NCBI GenBank assembly: GCA_040755455.1
Contig: JBFMAY010000015.1
Location: forward strand, 15,890-79,889
Length of the DNA stretch: 64,000 nucleotides
Reading direction: 5' to 3'
From: Thermodesulfobacteriota bacterium
Lineage (GTDB): Bacteria; Desulfobacterota; Desulfobulbia; Desulfobulbales; SURF-16
Below are positions 38,079 through 48,101 of the stretch, piece after piece (position 1 is the stretch's first letter; every line of letters starts with the position of its first letter). Under the pieces are notes generated by a model that did no database searches, was not told the origin of the DNA, and saw only the letters and a list, made by a program, of their open reading frames with translations. Made by a program: the position numbers and the translations under genes.

Positions 38079-38264
38079 TGCCTGCCTTCAGGCTTTTGCC
38101 GCGCCGCCGCCATCGCCGCCGCAGGGCAACCCGTTTGTTGTATTAGTGCTCAGCGCTTGTTAAGCGCTTGCCCGTCAATGGCAGAGGCGCGGTTTGCTTT
38201 CTTCCGGACTGCAGGAGATTCACTCTGTTTCCCGGAAAGAAAAGGGGGGAGAAAAGGCCGATGG

Positions 38265-40340
38265 TCACATTGCCTTGCCGGGTCCCAGGGCAAGGCGAAG
38301 CTGGCGGGCCAGTTCGCTGGGCTGAAAAGGTTTCTGCAGGACGGTCACTCCCTGCTGTTGGGACTGGGCGTGAAATTCCTGATCAGATGCATAGCCGGTT
38401 ATGAATATGACAGGCAGTTCCGGCCGTATTTCCTTGATGAGCGCTGACATGGCCGGCCCTCCCATTCCCGGCATGACAATATCGGTGAGCACCAGGTCGA
38501 TAGCCGTTGTGTTTTCCTTGAACAGAGCCAGGCCCTCATTGCCATTGGCCGCAACCACCACCGTGTAGCCCAGGTCGGTCAAGGATGCCCGGATCATATC
38601 CCGCACCGCCAGGTCGTCTTCCACCAGCAGAATCGTTTCCTGGCCGCCGACCATCTCGTCAACAGGTTTATCGGGCTCCTCGATATCAACAAGAACCCGC
38701 CTTGCCTTGGGCAGATAGATATGAAAAGAGCTTCCCGTGCCCTGCTGGGTTTCCACCCTGATATGGCCGTTGTGCTGCCTGACGATACCATGAACGGTCG
38801 CCAGGCCCATACCCGTGCCTTTCCCCTGTTCCTTGGTGGTGAAAAACGGGTCAAAAATCATCTTCAGTGTTTCCTGGTCAATCCCCTGTCCATTATCGAT
38901 TACGGACAGCACAATATACGAACCACTGAAAGGGAGATGGTCAATATTGTTTATGGGAGAAGCAAGCTCCGCATGGCTGGTCCTGATGATGACCCGGCCG
39001 TTCTTCCGCAGCGCGTCCCTGGCGTTGACCACTAAATTCAACAGCACCTGTTCCATCTGGCCGATGTCTGCCTCAACGGCGCAGACTTCGGAGCACAGAT
39101 CAAAGCGCAGCTCCACATCTTCCCGGATAAGCCGCATCAGCATTTTGGCGAAATCCTTGATAACCGTGTTCAGATTGATAATCCGGGTTTCCATAACCTG
39201 TTTGCGGCTGAAGGCCAGAATCTGGCGGATGAGGTTCGCCGCGCGCCGGGCGCTTTTATCGATCTCCTCCAGACAGGACTGCAGAGGATGGTCCGGCCCG
39301 ATACAGGAATGGGCAAGCTCGCTATAACCCATGATGGGCGTGAGAATATTGTTCATGTCATGGGCCAGACCGCCAGCCAGGGTTCCCAGGGCCTCAAGCT
39401 TCTGAGTGTGGCGTATCTGGGCCTCAAGCACCTTTTTCTCCTTCTCGCCTTGAATGCGGGCCGTGATATCCCGGTCGATACCCCTGAAGCCTGTCACCTG
39501 GCCGTCCTCATCAAGAACCGGCCTGCCGCTGGATTCAATGACCACAATCCCGCCATCCTTGTGCAGGCACCGGTGTTCAATAGTCTCAAAACTGACGGCC
39601 GCTTTGGCGCTGTTGGAGAAAATCTGCTCATAATCGCAGCTGTCTTGTTCCTCAGCGCGGAGAGCGGCAAACATGTTTTTCCCCAGCAGTTCCTCGGGCG
39701 TAAAACCGAAAAGCCGCTCGGAAACCGGCGAGCAGTAAATCAATGTGCCCTGCCGGTCCGCTTCCCATACCCAGTCGCTGGTGGTTTCCACCAGGGAACG
39801 GAAGCGGGCCTCGGATTGGCTCAGGGCATTGCGCTGCCTGGCTTCCCGGCAGCCGATATTCCATTTTTCCGTGAGCGACAGGGCCAGTTGTCTGAGTTCT
39901 TCGGCGTCAAAGGGTTTACGGATAAAAAGAAATTTTGACGGCGTGCCCAGAGCCTGGGCGATCTCGGACCGTGAACGATCGGAGAAGGCCGTGACGATTA
40001 CGATTTCAACCAGAGGATCAACACGACGGATATGGGCGGCAGTCTCCACCCCATCCCAGCCGGGCGGCATGCGGATATCAAGAAAGATAACAGCAAAGGG
40101 CGCGCGCCGTTTGTTGGCTTCCAGAACCAGTCGGTACCCTTCCTGCCCCTGGCTGGCAAAAGAGAGGGTAAAGCGTTTTTCCTCGCCGGTTGATTTCCCG
40201 CCATGCTGTTCAATCAGGCTCGTGATCTGACCCAGCGGAGAATCTGAAGAAAGCGGTTTCGGCGCCAGCACCTCCTGATAGGCTTGCCAGATCTGCCGAT
40301 CATCATCTATAACAAGTATTCTGTCGTTATCCGTCAGCAT
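38265..40340 (-). CDS. Hybrid sensor kinase/response regulator (REC-PAS-HisKA-HATPase-REC)
   Basis: N-terminal REC (ILVIDDD..FLDIRMP), PAS region, H-box [12 protein letters not shown], ATPase motifs DNGQGI..GTGMGLA, C-terminal REC ([19 protein letters not shown]). Confidence 0.9.
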   Translation of the reverse strand: MLTDNDRILVIDDDRQIWQAYQEVLAPKPLSSDSPLGQITSLIEQHGGKSTGEEKRFTLSFASQGQEGYRLVLEANKRRAPFAVIFLDIRMPPGWDGVETAAHIRRVDPLVEIVIVTAFSDRSRSEIAQALGTPSKFLFIRKPFDAEELRQLALSLTEKWNIGCREARQRNALSQSEARFRSLVETTSDWVWEADRQGTLIYCSPVSERLFGFTPEELLGKNMFAALRAEEQDSCDYEQIFSNSAKAAVSFETIEHRCLHKDGGIVVIESSGRPVLDEDGQVTGFRGIDRDITARIQGEKEKKVLEAQIRHTQKLEALGTLAGGLAHDMNNILTPIMGYSELAHSCIGPDHPLQSCLEEIDKSARRAANLIRQILAFSRKQVMETRIINLNTVIKDFAKMLMRLIREDVELRFDLCSEVCAVEADIGQMEQVLLNLVVNARDALRKNGRVIIRTSHAELASPINNIDHLPFSGSYIVLSVIDNGQGIDQETLKMIFDPFFTTKEQGKGTGMGLATVHGIVRQHNGHIRVETQQGTGSSFHIYLPKARRVLVDIEEPDKPVDEMVGGQETILLVEDDLAVRDMIRASLTDLGYTVVVAANGNEGLALFKENTTAIDLVLTDIVMPGMGGPAMSALIKEIRPELPVIFITGYASDQEFHAQSQQQGVTVLQKPFQPSELARQLRLALGPGKAM

Positions 40341-42120
40341 GATTTTCTTCTTTCAATCCAGGGGCGAGCGGCAGCCGGATGACAAATTCGGCTCCCTGCC
40401 CTGGGCCGTCACTGTTTGCCGTAATGGTGCCTTGATTGGCGATAATATAATTGGCGCAGGAATGCAGCCCAAAGCCTGATCCCGTGCGTTTGGTAGAGTA
40501 GCCGAAGGTGAAGAGTTTTTCCCGGTCCTCCGCTTTGAACCCGCAACCTGAGTCCTTGATGCGGCAGACCACCTGGCCCGGCTCTCCCGGCTGAAAAGCA
40601 GTGGCTATGGCCAGCCGTCTGCTTTCCGGCGCCGTCTCTTCCATGGCCTCAAAGGCGTTTTTGATGATATTGATCAGAATCTGCAGCAGTTTGGGCTCCT
40701 CGGCCCGTATCAGCGGCAACTGACCCAACTCGGTCGTTACCTTTATCTGCCGCTTCAGCAGGGAGTCTTCCAGCATCTCCAGGGCATCGGTCACCAGCTG
40801 ATTGAAGCTGATATCGGCAAAATTGCCCACCAGCCGGGCATAGCGCATCTGCAGGGCAATAATGGCTTCCACATGCTCATGCTTGTCCTTCACCTTTTTG
40901 ATTTCATCAATGCATTGATCGTACTCCTGCCGGATACTCTCCGGCAGGAGAGAAATAATGCCGCCAAATCGTTTTTTATCATCGGCGGACAACGCGCCGT
41001 CGCGGTCAATCACCTGGCCAAGGGGCGCCAGCGCGGCAGTCAAACCGGTGCGCAGCGGACTTTCCTCAAGTTTTTTTATAAGCAGAGAGAGGCCGATGTG
41101 GGCCGGAGTGATGGCATTGCCGATATTGTGCAGCACCCCCACCGCCATTTCCGCCATTCCCGCCTCATGGGCCTGTTGCACCAGGGAAGCCTGAGCCTGC
41201 TCAAGATCCCTGGTGCGCGCCGCCACCTTATCCTCAAGGGATCGGCTGTATTCCTGCAGTTGATGGTACGAATCCCGCAATTGGCGGGTCATGCTGTTAA
41301 ATGACCGGGAAAGGGTGAAGAACTCATCGCAGGCTATTCTGTTAACATGAATTTCGTGTTCCAGATCACCTTCCGCCACCTGTTTGACCCCGGCATTCAG
41401 GACATCGATGGAGCGGACAATGGATCGGGTGGCAAAAAGCGCCACCCCGGTGCCAAGCATGAAAAACAGGGCCATGGTGGAATAGAGATAGAGCTTGAAC
41501 TGCTGCAATCTTGCCGCCCATTCCTGACGGACAAAGCCGATTTCCTGGTCAAGTTTGGCCAGGGAATGGCCGCAGCGCATGCTTCCCCAAAGCTGGCCTC
41601 CGCTATAGACCGGCACAATCACCTCCAGAACTTTCGCGCTCTTCCGGACGTGGTATGAAACAGGCTGATCCTTGGGCAGATAATCAGGAAATTTTTCATC
41701 AGGCGGCTCTGCGGTGATCTTTTTTTCCTCGGCGGGCAACTGGTCAAGGTGTTTACTCTCCTCGCGCACCACAATATGCCGATCCCGGTCGGCGATGAGA
41801 CAATAGAGGATTTCCGGATCATTTTCCACCATCTGGCCGGCCATGTTGGACAGCAGGCTGAAGTCGAAACCCGCCACGGCCTCGCCTGCGCTCAGGCTGA
41901 GATTGCGGGCCAGGGTAACGGCCCGGCTTTCCTGGGCATCGTTCATCTGATTGATGGTGCGTTGCAGCTGCGTGTCACGGAAGCGGGCCGACTCCTGCAT
42001 AAAACGAAAGCCGGCCGCTGGAAAAAGTAGACAGAGGATGATCACATTCATCATAATGAGATAAACCCGGATCGATAACCTGCGGCTCTTTATTTTTGTC
42101 ATGGTTTCGAGAGGTTCCAT
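40327..42120 (-). CDS. Membrane sensor histidine kinase with a periplasmic sensor domain and HAMP
   Basis: Two TM segments flank a ~170-aa periplasmic domain, followed by HAMP, H-box VLHNIGNAITPA and ATPase motifs DSGCGF..GSGFGLH. It overlaps the next kinase gene by 14 nt. Confidence 0.85.
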   Translation of the reverse strand: MEPLETMTKIKSRRLSIRVYLIMMNVIILCLLFPAAGFRFMQESARFRDTQLQRTINQMNDAQESRAVTLARNLSLSAGEAVAGFDFSLLSNMAGQMVENDPEILYCLIADRDRHIVVREESKHLDQLPAEEKKITAEPPDEKFPDYLPKDQPVSYHVRKSAKVLEVIVPVYSGGQLWGSMRCGHSLAKLDQEIGFVRQEWAARLQQFKLYLYSTMALFFMLGTGVALFATRSIVRSIDVLNAGVKQVAEGDLEHEIHVNRIACDEFFTLSRSFNSMTRQLRDSYHQLQEYSRSLEDKVAARTRDLEQAQASLVQQAHEAGMAEMAVGVLHNIGNAITPAHIGLSLLIKKLEESPLRTGLTAALAPLGQVIDRDGALSADDKKRFGGIISLLPESIRQEYDQCIDEIKKVKDKHEHVEAIIALQMRYARLVGNFADISFNQLVTDALEMLEDSLLKRQIKVTTELGQLPLIRAEEPKLLQILINIIKNAFEAMEETAPESRRLAIATAFQPGEPGQVVCRIKDSGCGFKAEDREKLFTFGYSTKRTGSGFGLHSCANYIIANQGTITANSDGPGQGAEFVIRLPLAPGLKEENHADG

Positions 42121-42279
42121 TCATTAAGCATACAGGGATTTGAGCAGGGAAAGCAAATAAAACTCAATGGTCAGACAAAAAATGCGGAGCGTCCAGGTTT
42201 GCCGGCATTCTCTGCTGAACCGTTTATTGCCACGGGATTATTTTTTTCACGGGAAAAGTGTATGTTTTCACATGGGGAA

Positions 42280-42325
42280 TTGACAATTTATCTCAGGGAG
42301 TTCATGATAAAATAATTCATTTTAT
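42280..42325 (+). promoter_or_regulatory. Sigma-70-like promoter overlapped by an AT-rich palindrome (Fur-box-like operator candidate)
   Basis: TTGACA (42280-42285), 17-nt spacer, CATGAT (42303-42308). Palindrome ATAAAAT-N5-ATTTTAT at 42307-42325. GATAAAATAATTCATTTTA matches the 19-bp Fur consensus at about 12 of 19 positions by my count. Confidence 0.4.
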
Positions 42326-42342
42326 ATTATTAGGAGAAATAA

Positions 42343-44532
42343 TTGGAGAGAGGGAAAATTTTGAAAAAAGGTTGTACGACCGGCATTTTGGCCATGCTGC
42401 TGATGGTTCCGGCCACGCTGCGGGCCGCAGACCCTGATGAAGCAAACATCACGGCTTTTGAAGAGATGTTCGGGGAGCATCTCCAGGAAGAGGATGTCTA
42501 CCGGGCTGACCGTCTGCTGATAACAGCCACCGGCAGCCTCAAGCCGGTTCATCTGGCGCCCTCGGTGGCGTCGGTGATCACCAAAGAGGACATTGAAGAA
42601 ATGGGTGCCACTACTCTTGACGAGGTGCTGGAAACGGTACCCGGGCTGCATGTGGGAATAGGGACCACAGGTCTGGCCGGCTCACCAATCTATTCAATCC
42701 GCGGCATCCATACCGTTTTTAATCCACAGCTTCTCCTGCTGATTGACGGTATTCCCCATACCCTGGCGCAAACCGGCTCACGGCCATATCAATTCCGGAT
42801 GCCCGTGGCCAATATCTCGCGCATCGAGGTGGTGCGGGGACCGGGCTCCGCGGTACACGGGGCGGATGCCTTTGCCGGCACCATCAATATCATCACCAAG
42901 GATGGCCAGGAGATTGGCGGCACGCAAACGGGGGTAAGGGGGGGATCCTTCGACACCTATGATGCCTGGCTGCAGCATGGCGGCAACTATGGCGGTTGGG
43001 ATCTTGCGGGGAGCCTTGAATATGTTACCTCCCAGGGAGATGATGACCGGATTGTCGGGGAGGATCTGCAGACCATATTTGATAATGCCTTCAGAACCGC
43101 CGCCTCCTTGGCACCCGGCCCCATGGATACGGATAAAAGGATCTTCGACGGTCATATCAGCGCACGAAAGGACAACTGGACGGCCCGGTTCTGGACCTAT
43201 GCCCATGACGATACCGGACTAGGGACAGGGGTTTCCCAGACTTTGTCACCGGACAGCTATGCGGATGGAGAATGGTACCAGGGTGAAATTAATTATCATA
43301 ACGACAAGTTGCGCCGTGACTGGGCACTTGATCTCCGCTTCTATTATATTTACAGTTACAATTATTCCTATCTGACGATTCTGCCCCCGGGAACGGTATT
43401 GCCTATCGGGGCGGACGGTAACCTGGACACGCTTAATCCCGTCGGACTGACTACTTTTACAAACGGGTACATCGGTAGTCCGTACCAGATTGATCAACAT
43501 CTCGCCGGGGAAACCGCGCTTTTTTATTCCGGTTTCAACCAGCATCTCGTCCGTTTTGGAACCGGCTATAAATATATCAAGGAAGATACGGAAGAATATA
43601 AGAATTTCGGTCCCGGCGTCATCAATGGCACTGAGAGTGTGGTGGACGGCACTCTCACCAATGTAACGGACACCGCCTATGTCTATCAGCCTGAGGAAGA
43701 TCGTAAAATCACCTTTCTCTCTCTGCAGGATGAGTGGGCCTTTGTTCGCAACTGGGAGCTTACGGCGGGGGTAAGGTATGACAATTATTCCGATTTCGGC
43801 AATACCGTTAACCCTCGTCTGGCCCTGGTCTGGCAGACCCGTGCTGATCTAACCAGCAAACTGCTTTATGGGCGCGCCTTCCGGCCTCCTTCCTTTGCCG
43901 AGTTATATGCGCAGAATAACCCGACGGCGACTGGTAACCCTGATCTTGATCCTGAAACCATTGACACCCTGGAGCTGGCCTTTGACTATCAGCCTCTCGT
44001 GAATTTGCGGACAATAGTCAATGTTTTTGCCTATGAGATAAATGATCTCATCGATTATGTCCGTCCGCCAGGCGAGGTGAATAGTATCGCCCAGAATGCC
44101 AAGGACCAGAAAGGGCATGGTTTTGAACTGGAAGCGGATTGGCAGGCGACCAAGACCATTCGTTTGCGCGGCAATTTTGCCTACCAGAGAGCCAAAGACA
44201 AGGAGACAGACCAGCTCATCCATGACGCGCCCGGCATGCAGTTCTATGTCAATGCCCACTGGCAGTTCCAGTCGGACTGGTCCCTGGATGGCCAGTATTT
44301 CTGGATTGCTGACCGCCACCGTGCGGCAGGGGACCTGCGAGAGGATATCGATGACTACGACCTGGTCAATATGACTCTCAGGAGAAAGAATATCTTCATG
44401 AACCTGGATGCCGCCCTGGCCGTGCGCAACCTCTTTGACGAGGACGCGCGGGAGCCGGGCCTTGCCACCCAGCCGAATGACTATCCGTTGGAAGGCCGAA
44501 GTTTCTGGGCTGAGCTACGTTACTCTTTCTAG
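42343..44532 (+). CDS. TonB-dependent outer-membrane receptor
   Basis: Signal peptide ending TLRAAD. Plug motifs VITKEDIEEMGATTLDEVLETVPGLHV and IEVVRGPGSAVHGADAFAGTINIITK. C-terminal barrel ending WAELRYSF. TTG start at 42343 or 42361. Confidence 0.9.
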   Translation: MERGKILKKGCTTGILAMLLMVPATLRAADPDEANITAFEEMFGEHLQEEDVYRADRLLITATGSLKPVHLAPSVASVITKEDIEEMGATTLDEVLETVPGLHVGIGTTGLAGSPIYSIRGIHTVFNPQLLLLIDGIPHTLAQTGSRPYQFRMPVANISRIEVVRGPGSAVHGADAFAGTINIITKDGQEIGGTQTGVRGGSFDTYDAWLQHGGNYGGWDLAGSLEYVTSQGDDDRIVGEDLQTIFDNAFRTAASLAPGPMDTDKRIFDGHISARKDNWTARFWTYAHDDTGLGTGVSQTLSPDSYADGEWYQGEINYHNDKLRRDWALDLRFYYIYSYNYSYLTILPPGTVLPIGADGNLDTLNPVGLTTFTNGYIGSPYQIDQHLAGETALFYSGFNQHLVRFGTGYKYIKEDTEEYKNFGPGVINGTESVVDGTLTNVTDTAYVYQPEEDRKITFLSLQDEWAFVRNWELTAGVRYDNYSDFGNTVNPRLALVWQTRADLTSKLLYGRAFRPPSFAELYAQNNPTATGNPDLDPETIDTLELAFDYQPLVNLRTIVNVFAYEINDLIDYVRPPGEVNSIAQNAKDQKGHGFELEADWQATKTIRLRGNFAYQRAKDKETDQLIHDAPGMQFYVNAHWQFQSDWSLDGQYFWIADRHRAAGDLREDIDDYDLVNMTLRRKNIFMNLDAALAVRNLFDEDAREPGLATQPNDYPLEGRSFWAELRYSF

Positions 44533-44571
44533 TGATAAGAGGATGCGAAGCGATACTGTGTTCGATCCGGG

Positions 44572-45435
44572 GTGTCGATGGGGGACTATTTCATGCCGAA
44601 GATGAAAGACAAGGTCCAAAAACGCCAGGTGAAATTCGTCAGCCGCAGCGTCACCAGAATATGGGATGAGCAGGCCTCTGAGCACAATCCTTTTCTGGCC
44701 GAGCACTGTCGCTGTTATGGTTATGACCTGTTGGAGCTCATGCGAAAGTGTAGTTTCCCCGAGGTATTGTATCTTCTTTTCCGTGGCGAGTTGCCCACAG
44801 GGGAGCAGGCGCGATTACTTGAGACATTGATGATCGCCTTTATCAACCCCGGGCCTCGACATCCGGCCACCAGGGCGGCCATGTATGCCGGGGTCGGTAA
44901 AACCAATACCTCCCGCATCCTGCCTATTGCTTCCTCTGTTTTAGGGGGCGCACATCTCGGTAGCGAGGAGGTGGAAGCTGCAATGCTCTTTATCAAGCGC
45001 CATTACAGATTCGCTCCATCACGCATTACCGGTGATCTCATAGACGGATTAGCAGAAGGAGAAGAAAGGCAAGGGGATTTTCATGTCGCCCCGGGATTTG
45101 GCAGCCGGTTCGGCGGGATTGATCCCCTCCCTCAGAAGATTGCGGCCATGCTGGCTGGTATGTCTGCAGGCGCATCCGCTTTGCAATGGGGATGTTCTCT
45201 GGTTGAAAAATTAACCCCTTATAAAATGGGCTGGCTGGTTCCGGGTGTTGCCGCAGCGGTATTAGTCGACCTGGGCTTTCTCCCTCAGGCAGGCGCGGGG
45301 TTATTCCAGCTGATATGTTCTCCGGGCTTGTTGGCGCATGGTCTTGAGCTGGCCGGTCCCTATACCCCCATTACCGCTATGCCTTTTCTGGATGAGGACC
45401 ATTATATCATTGAACCGGAAGCACGAAAAAGATGA
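44572..45435 (+). CDS. Divergent citrate-synthase-fold protein A (citryl-CoA-lyase-like size)
   Basis: CS-like blocks YGYDLLELMRKCSFPEVLYLLFRGELPTGEQ, LGGAHLGSEEVEAAMLFI, PGFGSRFGGIDP and LFQLICSPGLLAHGLE. The GFGHRVY histidine appears replaced (GFGS). Confidence 0.6.
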   Translation: MSMGDYFMPKMKDKVQKRQVKFVSRSVTRIWDEQASEHNPFLAEHCRCYGYDLLELMRKCSFPEVLYLLFRGELPTGEQARLLETLMIAFINPGPRHPATRAAMYAGVGKTNTSRILPIASSVLGGAHLGSEEVEAAMLFIKRHYRFAPSRITGDLIDGLAEGEERQGDFHVAPGFGSRFGGIDPLPQKIAAMLAGMSAGASALQWGCSLVEKLTPYKMGWLVPGVAAAVLVDLGFLPQAGAGLFQLICSPGLLAHGLELAGPYTPITAMPFLDEDHYIIEPEARKR

Positions 45436-46246
45436 TGTCGCCTTTTGGCAGGAAAGGCGGGGAATAATCCGTACCCGTAAAGGTGGCTGGATTCCCGGGG
45501 GAATCGTGCATAATCACGGTTATTCCCTGGTTGACGATCTGATCGGCAAGGCCTCTTATTTCCAGGTGTTAATATTGAATGTGACAGGCCGTTTTCCTGA
45601 GCGTCGGCTGGCGGACTGGCTGGAGGCCCATTTTATTTGCCACAGCTATCCGGACGCCCGTATATGGTGCAACCACATCGGCAGTTTGGCCGGCACCATG
45701 CAAGCCAGCCCCGTCGCTGCCTCCTCTGCCGGTGTCTTGGCCTCTGACTCACGGATGTACGGGCCGGGAACGATACTTGCCTTTATTGATTTTATCACGG
45801 ATGCAGTTGTGAAAAAGAGGAATGGGACATCGGCTGAGGAAATTGTGCGTCTCTGCCAGCGACGACCTGCGGCCAAGCCGACGATTTTGGGGTATGCCAG
45901 GCCTGTGGCGAACGGTGATGAACGTATCCCGGCCATGGAACGTGTTACCCGGGAACTTGGTTTTGCCCGGGGAAAACATCTTGCCCTGGCCTTTGAAATT
46001 GATGAGGTAATGCACCGGCAACATAACGAGAGAATGAATCTGTTAGCCTACAGTATTCCGTTTCTGTGTGATCAAGGTTTTTCCGCCAAAGAAATATACC
46101 GGCTATTAAGCGTTCTGGTATGTTCCGGAGTGCTTGCCTGTTATTCGGAGGCCGCCGACAATCCCCCCGAGTCTTTCTTTGCTCTGCAATGCTGCGATAT
46201 CGACTACCAGGGGCCAAAGCCGCGTGAGGTTCCTTCCCTTGAATAA
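45392..46246 (+). CDS. Divergent citrate-synthase-fold protein B
   Basis: CS-like blocks HGYSLVDDLIGKASYFQVLILNVTGRFPE, ILGYARPVANGDERIPAMERV and LLSVLVCSGVLACYSEA. Both canonical catalytic His positions look substituted. Start uncertain (ATG 45392 or TTG 45410); it overlaps gene A. Confidence 0.55.
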   Translation: MRTIISLNRKHEKDDVAFWQERRGIIRTRKGGWIPGGIVHNHGYSLVDDLIGKASYFQVLILNVTGRFPERRLADWLEAHFICHSYPDARIWCNHIGSLAGTMQASPVAASSAGVLASDSRMYGPGTILAFIDFITDAVVKKRNGTSAEEIVRLCQRRPAAKPTILGYARPVANGDERIPAMERVTRELGFARGKHLALAFEIDEVMHRQHNERMNLLAYSIPFLCDQGFSAKEIYRLLSVLVCSGVLACYSEAADNPPESFFALQCCDIDYQGPKPREVPSLE

Positions 46247-46352
46247 TTTTTTATAAGTCTCCCTCGTTAACTGTATTGTAAGCAAGTCGGGTGTTATATC
46301 AAAAAACGCGCTGGAGGATTTATTTTAACCAGCAGCGTAGGAGTATGTCCAT

Positions 46353-48056
46353 ATGAACACGGCGGAATTAATTGTCACTGCCCTGAGGCGCATGGGGATC
46401 AAATATATCTTCGGCATTCCCGGCGGGGCCATCGAAGATCTGAACACCGCTATCTTCAATGAGCCGGCAATTGTTTCCATCGTCACCAAGCATGAGGAAG
46501 GGGCAGCCTTCATGGCTGACGGCTACGCCAGGGTGTCAGGAGAGCTGGGAGTCTGCTGCGCCACCTCCGGCCCCGGCGCTTCCAACCTGATCACCGGCCT
46601 GGCTTCGGCCTGCGCCGATTGCATTCCTGTGCTGGCTCTCACCGGCCAGGTGGCCACCTCGGTTTTCGGCAAGGGGGCTCTGCAAGAATCAGGGGATGAG
46701 GGGATGAATATCGTTTCCGTCTTCAAAAACTTTACAAAATATTCGGGCATGCTGATCAGTGAACAGCGAGCCGAGTACATGCTCCGCAAGGCCATCCGGT
46801 CCGCCCTGTCCGGGCCGACCGGCCCGGTGCACTTGAATCTCCCCATCAATATGATGAATAAAAAAGTCGTCGAACAGGGCGAATGTTTTCTGCAGCGCGA
46901 TATCCGCATGTTTGATGCGCAGGGCATCAAAGAGGCGGTCAAAAAACTGGTGGCGGCCACCCATCCGGTTATTGTCGCCGGCTGGGGGGTCAGCTTGTCA
47001 AAGGCCGCGTATGAATTGCGGGAACTGGCCCAGCTTCTGCAGGTGCCGGTTGCCACCTCGCCCAAGGGCAAGGGGGTCTTTCCGGAAAATCATCCGCTTT
47101 CCCTCGGTGTGCTCGGCTTTGCCGGCAATCCCGCGGCCAAACAGTATATCATTGAAGAAGAGGTGGATGTGCTGCTGGCAGTGGGCACATCCTTCAATGA
47201 GATGATGACAGGCGGCTGGGATCAGAAACTGAAACCGACAGACAGTCTGATTCATATTGATATCAATCCCTGCACCATCGGCAAGAACTATTGCACGACC
47301 ATCGGCCTTGAGGGTGATGCCCGCATGACTCTCAAGGAGTTGAGTAAGGCGGTGTTGGAAGAGCGCTCATGTCTGGGGATAAGGCCCCGCACCCGCCTGG
47401 CTGTCAAGGTGGCGGAATTAAAGAGCAAGGCTGCAACGACGGATGAGGTTCCGGTGTCCAGCAACGGATTATACCACCCCAGATGCCTGGTTGAAGACCT
47501 GCAGAAAAGCTGCCCGGAGGACACGATTTTTTTCGCCGACATGGGCTCCATCATGGCCTGGGCCACTCGCTATATGCGCTTTAAGATCCCCTACTGTTTC
47601 TACATGGGCATGGGATTCGGTTCCATGGGGTACGCGGTGGCCGCGCCGGTCGGCGCGAAGCTGGCCAGACCGGATAGGCCGGTGGTGACCATGGTGGGAG
47701 ACGGCAGTTTTCAGATGAACGGCTTTGAGGTGGCGACAGCGGTCAATTATGATATTCCCGTGGTCTGGGTGGTATTCAACAATGCCATGCTGGGCATGGT
47801 CTACCATGGCCGCCGTCTCTTCAGCACCCCGGTGCCGGACGGGCTGACCCCGCGCTTCAAGCGGATCGATTTCGCCCAGGTAGCTGAAGGATTGGGGGCC
47901 CGGGGGATCAGAGTGGAACAGCCCGGTGCCATTACCCCGGATTTCATGGCTGATGTGCTGCGGGCTGGCAGACCGACGGTGATTGATGTCTTGATCGACG
48001 AGGAGGCGGTGCCGCCCATTCATTCCAGGATCAAGACAGTGGCTCAGCAGGGTTGA
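46353..48056 (+). CDS. Thiamine-diphosphate-dependent enzyme of the acetolactate-synthase large-subunit family
   Basis: AGGAG RBS. N-terminal Pyr domain (IFGIPGGAIEDL..HEEGAAFMADGYARVSG..ATSGPGASNLITGL). ThDP motif VGDGSFQMNG...VVFNNAMLGMV. Confidence 0.85.
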   Translation: MNTAELIVTALRRMGIKYIFGIPGGAIEDLNTAIFNEPAIVSIVTKHEEGAAFMADGYARVSGELGVCCATSGPGASNLITGLASACADCIPVLALTGQVATSVFGKGALQESGDEGMNIVSVFKNFTKYSGMLISEQRAEYMLRKAIRSALSGPTGPVHLNLPINMMNKKVVEQGECFLQRDIRMFDAQGIKEAVKKLVAATHPVIVAGWGVSLSKAAYELRELAQLLQVPVATSPKGKGVFPENHPLSLGVLGFAGNPAAKQYIIEEEVDVLLAVGTSFNEMMTGGWDQKLKPTDSLIHIDINPCTIGKNYCTTIGLEGDARMTLKELSKAVLEERSCLGIRPRTRLAVKVAELKSKAATTDEVPVSSNGLYHPRCLVEDLQKSCPEDTIFFADMGSIMAWATRYMRFKIPYCFYMGMGFGSMGYAVAAPVGAKLARPDRPVVTMVGDGSFQMNGFEVATAVNYDIPVVWVVFNNAMLGMVYHGRRLFSTPVPDGLTPRFKRIDFAQVAEGLGARGIRVEQPGAITPDFMADVLRAGRPTVIDVLIDEEAVPPIHSRIKTVAQQG

Positions 48057-48101
48057 CGGCTGTGGCGGGAGTTGCCGGTTCCCGCGTTGCGTATCAGGCG
48101 T

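Noticed and set aside
42121-42279. Possible riboswitch (for example cobalamin) upstream of the TonB-dependent receptor
   Set aside because: I see no B12-box-like or other riboswitch core sequence and no convincing multi-stem structure. The region is better explained as a divergent promoter region.
44572-46246. The idea that the two citrate-synthase-like ORFs are one frameshifted gene
   Set aside because: Each ORF independently contains the full ordered set of CS-like blocks (the N-terminal ..G.LP.. block, the GPLHGGA-like block, the GFGHRVY-like block and the C-terminal ..AH..E-like block). They are therefore paralogues, not two halves of one gene.
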